NCBI RefSeq assembly: GCF_006345805.1
Contig: NC_043002.1
Coordinates: forward strand, 83,514,001-83,578,000
DNA: 64,000 bases
From: Octopus sinensis
Lineage: Eukaryota
Direction of reading: 5' to 3'
Numbering within the stretch: position 1 is the stretch's first letter; every line of letters begins with the position of its first letter. Positions 24,901 through 38,800 of the stretch are shown in pieces. The notes under the pieces are model-generated. The model saw only the letters and a list, made by a program, of their open reading frames with translations, had not been told where the DNA came from and searched no databases. Position numbers and translations under genes: made by a program.

Positions 24901-26773
24901 CAGTACAATGCTTCATAGTATGGAGTAGAGAGTGTGTATGACTTGTATTCACTCCTGCCATCCTATGTTCTGGTTTTGAGAGTGATCAGCCAAAATATTT
25001 GGACACAGGTCTAAGGGCTTCCCTTGCTTACTAAGGTTTTTGCTGGTTTCTAAAGGCTCTTTGTTTTTATACCTGGATCAGGAGGTGGGATTTAGACACA
25101 GAATATACATAGAGCTAAAACAGATAATCATCATCATCATCGTTTAGCGTCCGTTTTCCATGCTAGCATGGGTTGGACGGTTCTACTGGGGTCTGTGAAG
25201 CCAGAAGGCTTCATCAGGCCCAGTCAAATCTGGCAGTGTTTCTACGGCTGGATGCCCTTCCTAACGCCAACCACTCCGTGAGTGTAGTGGGTGCTTTTTA
25301 CGTGCCACCCGCACAGGTGCCAAACAGAGCTGGCAAACGGCCACGAACGGATGGTGCTTTTTATGTGCCACCGGCACGAGGGCCAGGCGAGGCTGGCAAC
25401 GGACACGAACGGATGGTGCTTTTTACATGCCACCGGCACGAGGCCAGTCGGGGCGGCGCTGGCAACGCTGATTTGCGGGAATTAGGCAGAGGCCACAGAA
25501 TAAAGAACAACAACAAAATGTGTCAAACCTTTGCCTGTTTCTCAGAATCGTCAGAAACGATCTTCTTTTCAGTAATTTGATTGACTTTCTGTAGGACATT
25601 CTGCAAACGAGCTTCCACCTGGTCAATTTGAGCCATAAGGCATATTTATCTGTTGCCAGCATTCTGTTAATCCACCATGATAAACTGATACTTTATTTAT
25701 TGATCCCTAAAGGCTGATTTGAACTTAAAGCTAGATCAGATACTGCAAGGCAATGCATTTATGATTCTGCCAGGTGAACGACTATGTATGTATGTATGTA
25801 TGGATGTATGGATGGATGGATGCATGCATGCATGCATGCATTGTCTGAAATATTACTTTGCTTGGAAATAGGTGAGAGTTGTTGACAGAAACTGCATCTA
25901 GTCATGGAAAATGGACATTATAATAATAATAATAATGATTATGCATGCATGCATAATCATTATTATTATTATTATAATGTCCATTTTCCATGACTAGATG
26001 CAGTTTCTGTCAACAACTCTCACCTATTTCCAAGCAAAGTAATATTTTCCCATGCCCTCACATATTTTCATGGCAGAATAAGAACAAAGGACACCACTTG
26101 TTTTGAAAGCAGTGGCAATTGTTTACAATTATCACACAATGTCAAGAAAAGGATACACAACCATGCACACATACACGTGTATCATGTTCCAGCATGACCA
26201 CAGCTACAGGACTGAATCGAATAAAAGAATATAAATATATATATATATATATAAATAAATAAATACACATACATATGCACACACATATGACAGGTTTCTT
26301 TGAGGTTCTGTCTACTAAATCCACTCACAAGGCTTTTGCTAGAAGTCACTTGCCCAAGGTACCATGTAGCAGTGCTGAACTCAAAAGAATGTAGCTGGAG
26401 AATGAACATGAACTTCTGAAGCACACAACTATGCCTCCAGTTATATATATATATATATATAAATTTATGTAAATAAGGATAAGATTGTTAATTAAATTAT
26501 CTATCTTATCAAGTGGCCAGCATGGGAATAAAAACCTTCAAAGGTAATAATTATTATTAAAATTATAATTTAGAGTATCTAAGAGATACCTCCACGCTGG
26601 AAATAGCAGCCAAATCTTGACTCTAAAACCACATTAAAATGTTCATACTGCACCATGAGAGAAGACAAAAGGACAAGATGAACTAGCAGAAAAATTACTG
26701 GATAATTACTGGTTTTGGAGTCAAAATTTGGCTGCTATTTCCAGCGTGGAGGTATCTCTTAGATACTCTAAAT

Positions 26774-26813
<40 letters not shown>

Positions 26814-29800
26814 CACACACTTCAACATCCATTTTTCCATGCTTGAACGTGGATCAGATGGAATTTGTTGAGACAGAATATCTATGGCCAGATGCCTTTC
26901 TTGCCACTGACCCTCACCTGTTTACAAGCATGGTAATAATTCCCCATGGCCTGAAAGATTGGAAATGAAGACCATCGCTTGTATGATAGTGACACTCATT
27001 TACAACTGCTGTGTGATGTCAAAACAAGGAGACACATACATGGACACGGACGGGGACACACACAAACACATGTGCATCATGGACACATGCCTTATATAGT
27101 GCATATTGATGAAATAAATACCAAAGATGCTTTACTCCATGCAGAAACTACAGAGGCTAGTTACAGGTATTGCAAAATCTTATGGTGATGACTAAAACCA
27201 TCATAGTGTTGGAAACCCTTCTATATCATCAGCAGGTATCTCAGGGTTGTAAGCATTTTTGCTTGAGTGGAGTAGTAAGGACTGCATTTAGTTTTGCTTG
27301 CATAAGAGTTCCAGCTGTGTTACCTATCCCCTTGGTGTTTTTTTTTTTTTTTTGGTCAGTTGTTTGGGTCCTGAAATAATCTCCACCAGAAAATAGGGAA
27401 CAAGATTGTATGCCATCCCTTGACAATTGCTTCACCACACACACACACATGCTCTCTCTCTCTCTGAAAAGTGGTTGGCATTAGGTGACCCATCCTGCTG
27501 TAGGGACCATGCCAAAACAAACATTTGAGCACTATGCAGTCCTCTGACTTGTTGGATCTTGTCTGAGCATCCTGTCCATACTGGCCTGGAAGTCAGATAT
27601 TTAATAATGATATATATCTATATTATAAAGGCGGCGAGCTGGCAGAATTGTTAGCACGCCAGGCAAAATGCTTAGCAGTGTTTTGTCCATTTTTATGTTC
27701 TTAGTTCAAATTCTGCTGGGGTTGACTTTGCCTTTCAGCCTTTGGGGGGAGGGTCAATAAAATAAGTACCAACTGAATACTAGGGTCAATTTAAGTGACT
27801 TGTCCCCACTCCTGAACTTGCTGGCCTTGTGCCAAAATTTGAAACAAATATATATATTATAGTGCAGTGGCCAAGTAATGGTGACTAACAAATGAGTATT
27901 TCATTGGAATCACTGCTGTAGCCCTGGGCCAACCAATACCTTAGGAGTGAAGTCAGAAGACAGAAATAATAGTAACCCTGTTGTATATGTACATATCATC
28001 ATCATCATTGTCATTTAATGTTCATTCTCCCTGCTGGCATGCGGTGGACAGTTTGGTTGGAGCTGGCAAGCCAGAGGGTTGTACCAGACCCAGTCATCTG
28101 TTTTGGCATGGCTTCTATGGCTGGATGCCCTTCCTAACACCGAGCACTGAGTGATTTTACATGGCACCAGCACAGGTGCTCTTTATGAGGCACCAGCACA
28201 CACACACATATACACACACACACACACTCACACACACATACACACACACACACACACACAAGTGTGTATGAATGTTGATATTTTGCATGCCACCATTTGA
28301 ACAAAATGTTTATATTCTTTATTGCCATTAATGTCCAAAAATGGACATCACTGACCTGGAAAACAGCTGAGGGTTGGCAACGGGAAGATCATGCAGCCAT
28401 AAAATCCTTCTTTAAAATCAGAGCCCACCAGAACCATGCCAGCATTGAACGACATGTTAAATAAATGATGTCAGCTGTCATACTTACATCTCCTTTCTAT
28501 TATTACTGTAACAGACTTCTGTGAATTTTATTGCCTTCAGTCTAACTGACCCATTGCACACATCACTCTTCTTACAACCTTGTACTCATTTTCTATTAAC
28601 TTTGCATCAGACTTTGTATGTCATATTTTGTCCCAAACTCTCACTGTTCTATAGCACTAGATTCCATCCTGTTCTGATAGCAAAATCAACATTAGCAGCC
28701 TCCTTTTATTTCTCTGATTCATAAAAGAGGGGAGGTGTGCAAAGGAAATGACCCAATAACTTAAACACAACAATTACAAATAAACAACAAAAATATTTTA
28801 ATAAAGAAAAACAAAACAAATTAACACACTTTTTCGTTTGTTTTCATTTCAGATTCCAAACAAACCCTATTTTTATGGGAAAGAGTAAGTAAAATATGAA
28901 ATTTTTTTTTCTCATATGTATTTTGTAAGTTCTGTGGCGTGACTTTTGTTGTATTGTTTGTGTCAGATTGTTAACATTTTCTGCTGTATCCTGGTTATGT
29001 TGTGTCTTTTATTAAAAAACATGACAAGAATTTTTAGAATTCCATTGATGATACTTTTAAAAATCCCAACTGTGGCTATAAAATGAAAGCATTTCTCATT
29101 TACTCTTTTATATACCCTCTCTCATGCGCGCTTACATACATATACACACATTCTGTCTATCTGTCTGTCTGTCTCTTTCTCTCTCTCTCTCTCTCTCTCC
29201 TCTTCACGGCTTTTGAAATCTAATGGTAAGCCATTGATCAGGTTGGTTTGCTAAGTTCATTGTCTGAAATATTTTTATGAGGATCTTTTCGGTTTGAACG
29301 GCAGTTTTTTCTATCAGTGTCATATGAAATTGTCACCCATAATTATGATCCTAGTATCGATCTATTGCATTTCAATGTTTTAGGGTTAGGGTTGGGGGAA
29401 GGGTATCTTTTTTTCTTCACAAATGTAAATAAACCCAATCTGTTTCTTAAACGAGGGACATATTCATACGGCACAGAATGTTTTTCACCTCAATAGACGC
29501 CACTGATTGGTTGAATTTGCAGAAATTGAAGAAAAAAAACAACAAATATCTTACAAACCATAGAATTTTCTCAATAAAGCCAAGAGAAAAAGATGTTTTA
29601 TAAACACATTCTACCAGTATACGAAGTTTAAAAGTGTTTAGTTACGTGGAAATTATTTTAAAAAACTGCCGTTCAAACCGAAAAGATCCTTTTATGAAAT
29701 ATATCTAAAGGTCTTCATTGGTTACTCTCTATTTAACTAACCTTTCCTGTTACTCTCTCTCTTACAAGCAGTATTAATTAGTTATTTCCACTTTTAAGCG

Positions 29801-32800
29801 CTGTTAGAATAAAGGGAGGTAAATGTGACCATCTTAGAATTTATAGTCTTCATCATTGGTAATATGTTTTCCCGTGTTAGCATAGTTTGATTTCATTTTT
29901 TGTTTCAAAAATTACTTTAAAAATTGCGTTTGATCATAATATCAAGTTAAATATTATATATGTCTCAGTATTTTTTTTTATATATAAAACTGTCTTTTTA
30001 TATATTTTGATAATTTAAAGAAATTATTTTTGATAATTTTAACCCTTTAACTGCAAAATTAAACTTCCTAGTTCTTCTAAGTAATGACGTTAATTATCTA
30101 CCAGAAAGCTGAATTGCTATTTTCTAGAAGTCAGGTTACCTCAGTAAATTTTACATGTCTCAACAAAAGATAGATTAATATATAAAGTTGCTTTCCACAG
30201 TTAAAGAATAATGAAATTTTGATTGGGTATATCTGATTTCTGCAATGAAGAGGTTAAATATTATTCATATCTCAATTTTTTTTTTTTATTGTTGTTGTTT
30301 TATGTAAGGCAGTGCCTTCTTAGACATTTTAATAATTATCTTTGGTGTTTTAGGTATCATGGGCACATAAGTCGTGAAGATACAGATCGACTACTTGATG
30401 ACAAGGATGGTTCTTATCTTGTACGTAAGAGTGACCGAGCACCTGAGGCCTTCACTCTGGCCATCAGGTAAGAATCGCCATTAATTTATATATATATATA
30501 TATAATCTTAATCTTTATCCATTCTTCACTTCTAATATTAGACTTTTGCACTTTGAGATCAGATCACTTATAAATTCTTCCACAATTTGTAGGTATGCTA
30601 TTGTATATCATCATCATATTTTTACATTAATATTTTCATGTTGGCATGGGTTAGACCAGGGCTTTTCAAACTTTTTGCTGGAGCGGAACCCCAAGGAAAC
30701 ATTCCACTGGCTCGAGGAACCCCTGTGCAATAATTTAATAGTCTTATGCACACATATCTGCACAGGAGACTTAAAAATTACTGCCGATTTTAGTAGTTTT
30801 GTAACTTCTTGCGGAACCCCTGGACTGTACTGGCGGAACCCTGGTTGAAAACCACTGGGTTAGACTAAACTTATTTAGGCAGATTTTCTACAACCAGATA
30901 CTCTTCCCGTCACCAACACTTACTTGATTTTCAAGTAAAGTATTTTTCATTCCACCAGTCCTCATACATCTGCTGAGTTACAGGAGAAGGTAAACACTGT
31001 ATCCTGCTCTGATGGTGTTAATGATGATACAGGGAATTGATGTTTATGCTCACATGTGAAAAGCACAAGTACTGGTGCCTCATAAAAAGTTCCTGCATAA
31101 AAGTTGGCAAGTCCATAACCATATCCCCACCGACACACACACACACACACACAGACAGAGCTGTGCAGTTGAAAAGTTTGCTTCCCAGCCACATGGTTTC
31201 AGGTACAGTCCCAATGCACAACACCTCAGGCAAGTGGCCCGGGTCAGCCAAAACTTTGTGAATGGATGTGGTTGCTGGAAACTGAAAGAAGTCTGTTGTG
31301 TGTGTGTGAAGTATTTTGCTCTCTCACAAATTTACTTACCCACTTAAACTGTCCAGTCTCCTGTACCACTTCTCTTTATTCACCTCCCTGTATTTCAGGG
31401 GTATACCCTGACACAATCTTCACCACCCTCTCATCTCTTCCCTCTCCTCTCTTCTTTCCAACTGGAGTAATCATGTATCTCCTCTAAAGCAAGACACTTG
31501 TTTCTGTCCCTCTATCATACTTTAACCTCATGTCACATAGCACATACCCACCTCCCTCAATACTCCTCCCTCCCACTTGAATTGAGGGGTCTTGTTTTGC
31601 TAGTTATTTAGTGACCCCACTGATACTTATACCACATAAAAAGTACTCAGTACATACTGTAAAGTAGATGATGTTAGGAAGGGCATCCAGCTGTAGAAAC
31701 CATGCGAAGTAGACACTCCTCTGGCTCACCAGTTCTTGTCAAACCATCAAACCCATGCCAACCTGGAAAATGGATGTTGGATGGTGATGATGATGATGAT
31801 TGTGATATATCAAATGTTTCTGGAGTATCCCGTCTACATAGCAAACTTATTTTTGGAAGTATCTGTGCTCTCGTTTGTCCACTGAAATGTCAAAATAAAC
31901 ATTAATCTTGGGTAAGTAAAATTCACATTTTGCAAAATCATGAACAAGGCATAGGAGTGGCTGTGGGGTAAGTAGCTTGCTTACAAACCACATGGTTCCG
32001 GGTTCAGTCCCACTGCATGGCACCTTGGGCAAGTGTCTTCTACTATAGCCTCAGGCCGACCAAAGCCTTGTGAGTGGATTTTGGTAGCCGGAAACTGAAA
32101 GAAGCCTGTCGTATATATATATATGTATGTATATGTGTGTGTGTATATGTTTGTGTGTCTATGTTTGTCTCCCCAACATCGCTTGACAACTGATGCTGGT
32201 GTGTTTACGCCCCCATAACTTAGCGTTTCGGCAAAAGAGACCAATAGAGTAAGTACTAGGTTTACAAAGAATAAGTCCTGGGGTCGATTTGATCAACTAA
32301 AGGTGGTGCTCCAGAATGACCACAGTCTGAAACATGTAAAAGAGTAAAAGGTGTATTTGTTGTTCAGCTAAACAAACATGGGTAAAATTTCATGGGAAAT
32401 CTTATTAAATTTACTCAGAGTAGCAACTTTTAAATTGTTTCAATGAATGTTTCCATCATTTTCAATGTAAATAATATATTTAATGCTGGTAGTAATTACT
32501 CATAAATTTACTGGTCTTTTGCAGATTTGATGGACAGACCAAAAATTTTAAACTATACCATGATGGCCAGCACTATGTAGGTGAGAAGCGGTTCGACACC
32601 ATACATGATCTTGTTGCTGATGGACTAATTACATTTTACCTGGAGTCCCGGGCATCAGACTACATCGAATCCTTATCCATCTCAAACTATGCCGAGTCTC
32701 CATATCTTGCCTACAGTACCAAAAAGAAAAGGTTGGCCCGCTCAACCACTCGGAGGAGCTCTACCGGTACAAACAACCAAGTTACCACATCAAATTGTTC

Positions 32801-35800
32801 TGTTGACAATAACTCCTCTGATGAACAGGTGAGAATCAAGAGAAATATCATAAACATCATTTTTTGTTTCTAAATAACATGCATTCATAATTTTATCAAC
32901 AGGCGCAGGAGTGGCTGTGTGGTAAGTAGCTTGTTTACCAACCACATGGTTCCGGGTTCAGTCCCACTGCGTGGCATCTTGGGCAAGTGTCTTCTGCTAT
33001 AGCCCCGGGCTGACCAATGCCTTGTGAGTGGATCTGGTAGACAGAAACTGAAAGAAGCCTGTCGTGTATATGTATATATATATGTATGTATGTGCGTGTA
33101 TATGTTTGTGTGTCTGTGTTTGTCCCCCTAGCATTGCTTGACAACTGATGCTGGTGTGTTTACGTCCCCGTCACTTAGCGGTTCGGCAAAAAGAGACCGA
33201 TAGAATAAGTCCCGGGGTCAAATTGCTCAACTAAAGGCGGTGCCCCAGCATGGCCGCAGTCGAATGACTGAAACAAGTAAAAGAGTAAATTTATTTATTT
33301 AATATCCATTGTTAGGTTTTACAACATCAGACATTTGCTTGACTTGTTGTTTTTGCGGGTTGGCAGTGAAATGCAAGCAGTGAGATGCACCAGCCGTGTG
33401 GCTGTGAGTTGGCAGAATTGTTAGCATACCAGAAAAAATGCTTGGCAGTATTTCATCCATTTATACATTCTATGTTCAAATTCTGTCAAGGTTGACTTGG
33501 CCTTTCGTCCTTTCAGAGTTGATGAAATAAGTACCAGTTGAACACTGGGGTCAATGTAATTGACCAGCCCCCACCCCAAAATTTCAGGCCTTGTGCCTAT
33601 AATAGAAAGGGTTATTGTTAATAATAATAATAATAATTGCCCTGATGCAGTACCAGGCAGTGGCTCTCGTGGCTTCTGATTTTAACTGATTGGAAGTGTT
33701 ATCATGTACATTGTTTTGGCTTGGTATAAAAGAAGGGCCACAGCAAATATTCTGCTCAATACCACAGATTTGCTTGTCAGTTGTTTGACCTTAACCAGTT
33801 GACCATGTCCCTTAGTGGCTGATGATATGTGCATCTCTGATCACGAGCAGAAGTAGTGGGGGAGCATCATAGCCGTGTGTTGAGAGGGATTCTTTGGGGG
33901 TTTGAATAATTCACCTCTGGAAACATGAGTGTTTCATTCAAAATCCGTAAACAACCCTTATTCAGGAACCTTTTGAGTGGGATGGGTTACTCGACCAGAA
34001 GAAAATTCTAAGGTCATGTGCTGTTTATCTTGAAATGAGATCACCATGCCGCGCACATATGGTTGTGATGCATGTGCCTGATGTACCCTTATTAGACGGG
34101 TAGTCATGATGGGTATACTGGGCTACGTATATTTTATCCCAGTGTCACTTTGATGGCATGCACTGCTCTCTCACTCAATAATAATAATAATTATAAGCTA
34201 GTGAGCTTGCAGAATTGTTTGCACACCAGACAAACTACTTAGTGGCATGTCATTCTTCTTTGCATTCTGAGTTCAAGTTGTCCCAAGGCCAACTTCCATG
34301 GGATTGCAAAATAAGTACCAGTCAAATTCTGGAGTCAATGTAATTGACTAGCCCCTTTCCTTCAAAAATTTCAGGTCTTGTGCCTGTAGTAGAGAGGACT
34401 ATTGTTATTATTATTAAGGTTGTGAGTTGGCAGAATCTTTAGGATGCCAGGCAAAACGCTTAGTAGCATTTCATCCATCCTTACATTCTGAGTTCAAATT
34501 CCACCAAGGTCAGCTTTGCCTTTCATCCTTTTGGGGTCCATAAATTAAGTATCAGTGAAGCACTGGGGTCAGTGTAATCGATTACTCCCTTCCCTCAAAA
34601 TTTCAGGTCTTGTGCTTTTTGTAGAAAGGATTATTATTGTTGTTGTTATTTTAGCTTTGTTTTGTTTTAGATACTTCACATCCATTTTAATCATATCAGT
34701 TGTTGTGTTTGTTATTTAGTCCCAAATCGGACCTGTTTGAACAGATTTATAGTGAAAAGCATTTAAAATCATGACCACTACACCACTTTTCTCAATGAAA
34801 AGCTGCAACTACTGCTGTGTGGTTAAGAAGTTTGCTTTACAAACATTTGGCATAGGAGTGGCTGTGTGGTAAGTAGCTTGTTTACCAACCACATGGCTCC
34901 GGGTTCAGTCCCACTGCGTGGCACCTTGGGCAAGTGTCTTCTACTAAAGCCTCGGGTCGACCAAAACCTTGTGAATGGATTTGGTAGACGGAAACTGAAA
35001 GAAGCCCATCGTATCATCATCATCATCATCATCGTTTAGCGTCCGTTTTCCATATATATACATATTTGTGTGTCTGTGTTTGTCCCCCAAACATCGCTTG
35101 ACAACCAATGCTAGTGTGTTTACGTCGCTGTAACTTAGCAGTTCGGCAAAAGAGACCGATAGAATAAGTACTCGGCTTACAAAGAATAAGTCCTGGGGTC
35201 GATTTGCTCGACTAAAGGCGGTGCTCCAGCATGGCCACAGTCAAATGACTGAAACAAGTAAAAGAGTAATTTGGTTCCGCATTTGGTCCCACTCTGCAGC
35301 AACTTAGGCTAGTGTCTTCTATTGCAGTCCCAGGCCAACCAATGCCTTGTAAGTCAATCTGAATGATAGAAACTGTATAAAGCCTATTGTGTATGTCTGT
35401 GACTGTGTGAATGTTTTACGGTCTGCAATGCTTCGAAAAATTACTGAGCTATGGATGATGACATCAATAAAAAGCACCATCCACCGTAACTCAAGTGTCA
35501 CTCACTGTCTGACATTTTCATCATCATCATCATCATCCGCTTTCCATGCTAGCATGGGTTGGACGGTTCAACTGGGGTCTGAGAAGCCAGAAGGCTGCAC
35601 CAGGCCCAGTCTGATCTGGCAATGTTTCTACGGCTGGATGCCCTTCCTAACGCCAACCACTCCGTCAGTGTAGTGGGTGCTTTTTACGTGCCACCGGCAC
35701 AGGTGCCAGGCTAGGCTGGCAACGGCCATGAACGGATGGTGCTTTTTACGTGCCACCGGCACGAGGCCAGTCGGGGTGGCGCTATCAAAAAAAAAAAACA

Positions 35801-38800
35801 TTTGGTGACTCTGTGCTTTTAGATAGGAATGGAATGAACACTCTTTTACTCTAAAAGCAGGTAAGGATTAGCAACGTTTTAGTAATGGAAAAAACATGTA
35901 AAAGAAATGAATGAACACGTGTACTTTGGTCGTTATTTAATAGGTTACACTATCCTATGTGTCTTTACTTTTTTAAGATGGCAGGATGTGGTTTGAGACA
36001 GACTTGGCTGTTATTTCTAACTACTGGAGTGATCTCCTAGAAGTTTCCTTGTTGGCTTGTGTTGCTTTAATAATGTTTTTATTCATTTGATGACAAATGT
36101 TAGTCATCCATGAATGAATTTTGTGTATTTCCTCTGGAATTTACTTCCTCTTTTTACCTTTCCTACTACAACTCACTTTTGACATGGTTTTACAGTTGCT
36201 GTACCCCCCCCCCACACACACACACACACACTTCCTCAAATAAACAAAAAATAGTGAACTTTCAATTGTTTACTTCACTTTAGTTGTATGAAGGTACCAC
36301 AGGAGGTACCATTTGCTGAGGTAATTTTTGGAGAGGCAGTATTTGAGTTTCCAGTGCTTGTTTTAATAAAAAAAATAATAATGAAATTATTGTATACAGT
36401 GCTCAGGTGCACCACAATTTGTCAAAAGTGCGTATAAAGTCTGGAAAGTGAACAATGTATGAGTCAGATACATGCTTGTGTGTGTGTGTGTGTATGGAGG
36501 GGAGAAAATCAGGTGTAGTGTTGGCAAATCTCAGAAAGCATGGAAGTTTTGAAGGATGCAGTGCTCCGACAACTAACAACTGATGCCGGCAGTTTGTTCC
36601 ATGCTTCAGCAACTCTCAGCGTGAAAAAATGTTTCCTAAAGTCATGGGCCAACAAACCCTACCCTGTGTTGAGTGACAATAGTAGAAATGGATGGAATGT
36701 GTCCATAAGTATCTGCTTTGCTCTTGTACTTTCACCATGGGAAGTTTTGAACTCTTATGAAAACCTGATGTATGTTTTTTTCTTGGGTTCCTTCTTCATA
36801 GTCCAAACCCAAGACATCCTATATACTCATACTGTAATCTTCAAACTCAGAGTATTGAAACATTCCTCATTTTCCTCCTATAGTGTCTCAACAGGTCAGA
36901 CACTATGTCCTTTGTCATTATACAAATTCTAAGGAGGTGAACTAGCAGAACTGTTAACATGTTTGACAGAATGATTGGCAGCATTTTGTCTGTCTTTACA
37001 TTCTGAGCTCTAATTCCACCGAGGTTGACTTTGCCTTTTAATCATTTCAAGCTCAGTAAAATAAGTACTCAGGTTGATATAATTGGCGAGCTAGCAGAAA
37101 CGTTAGCATGCTGGGTGAAAAATGCCTAGCGGGATTTCGTCTGCCGTTACGTTCTGAGTTCAAATTCCGCTGAGGTCGACTTTGCTTTTCATCCTTTCGG
37201 GGTTGATAAATTAAGTACCAGTTACACACTGGGGTCGATCTAAACGACTTAATCCCTTTGTCTGTCCTTGTTTGTCCCCTCTATGTTTAGTCCCTTGTGG
37301 GCAATAAAGAAATAAGAAATAGGTGTTTTGCTATGGAGGAGGTACATGGTTACCCAGTGAGAGAGAAAGATAGAGAGAGAGAGAGAGAGAGGTACAAGAA
37401 AGAGACAGAAACGGGTGTGTTGGTTGCAGTTGTATTTCAGTGTAGATTGTAAACATTCATGCACACATACATACATATGATGGGCTTCTGGACTGTTTCT
37501 ATCTACCAAATTCTCTCACAAAGTATAGTGAGATCTAGGCTTTTTTTTTTATGATTTTTTTTTTTGTGGTCTTTACAAAACTCTTCTGAGGATTGAATAC
37601 TGGTACATTACTATAGTTTCCATCTACCAAATTCACTTACAAGGTATTGGTTAGTCAAGGCTCTAGTAGAAGACACTTGTCCAAGATGCTGCATGGTGGA
37701 ATTGAATTCAAAATTATGTGATTGCAGAGCAAACTTCTTAATCATCAAACATATTTGCACCGGCAAGGAAAAGTTAACAGAAAATGTTTAAAAAAAAAAC
37801 CCAAAAAGCAGTCAAAATAATCCTTATGCTATTTGTTAATTGTTTCACATTTATGTCACCAAAAAAATAAATAATAGTGAAATTGTTTTATAATTCTCTT
37901 ACTTATCTTAATGTAATACTAAAAACTTTTTCAAGGTAAATATAGAATGCTATATTTCATCTTTCTCATTACACTAAAAATGATGAATCCACAACACTTA
38001 AGATAGCTACAAGTGCCTCAAATAAGATGATCATGGCCAGAATGCCTTCTGCTATAGTTCTGTTCAGTGAAAGTTTATCTCAGACCAAACAACAACTCAA
38101 CAGCTATAAAATATTAATATTACAAAAATTTTTTTGAAAAAGCAGGATTCTAAGACTGTTTAGGTTTTTTATTGCTCTGATTATCTTAGTATTGAAATTG
38201 ACCCACAGGAAAATATTTTTCTTCTCATACATTCTATTTCATAATTTTAGTCATGTTGGATATGTACAGTAAACATCTCTATTTATTTATTCTTTCAATT
38301 TAAACAGTTATCACCAGATTCCGATTTTGCTACCAATGTGCAAGAATACGAAAAATCTCACTGCTTTAAGGTAAGATTATCATTAATATTTCTTATTGTC
38401 AACAGCAATACTCTTTGCATCTGTTGAGTTCACCTCCATTGGCTGTATGTAAATACATTTTATAATACGATTATTTACATATAGCGAGTGTTTTATATCT
38501 ATATATACAAGCAATTTAATAAAGAAATTGAAATATATCAAAGCTAAAAATATTTGATAATAAAGAAACACTAGTCCTTTTTAATAACTAAATATTTGTA
38601 ATTGTTTGATATCATTCCCTATCCAAAATATAATCGTTTGACTTCTTCTCAAAGCAATTTCTTCTCCCAAAGTAATTGTTTAACTTCTGCTTTTGCTCCA
38701 AGTAACTGTTGGTGTTATACATCTGACCAAAGTGATTACTTCATTCATTCTTCTTCTCAAAGTAATTGTTTTTGATTTCTTTCCGTCTCCAAAGTAATTG

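Noticed and set aside
25540-25560. Minus-strand CTGACGA...GAAA
   Set aside because: Only 6 nt lie between the cores, with no stem II and no NUH or stem I pairing.
38318-38370. Alternative acceptor tcaccag inside the 63-nt exon
   Set aside because: It would remove 10 nt and shift the frame before the C1 domain.
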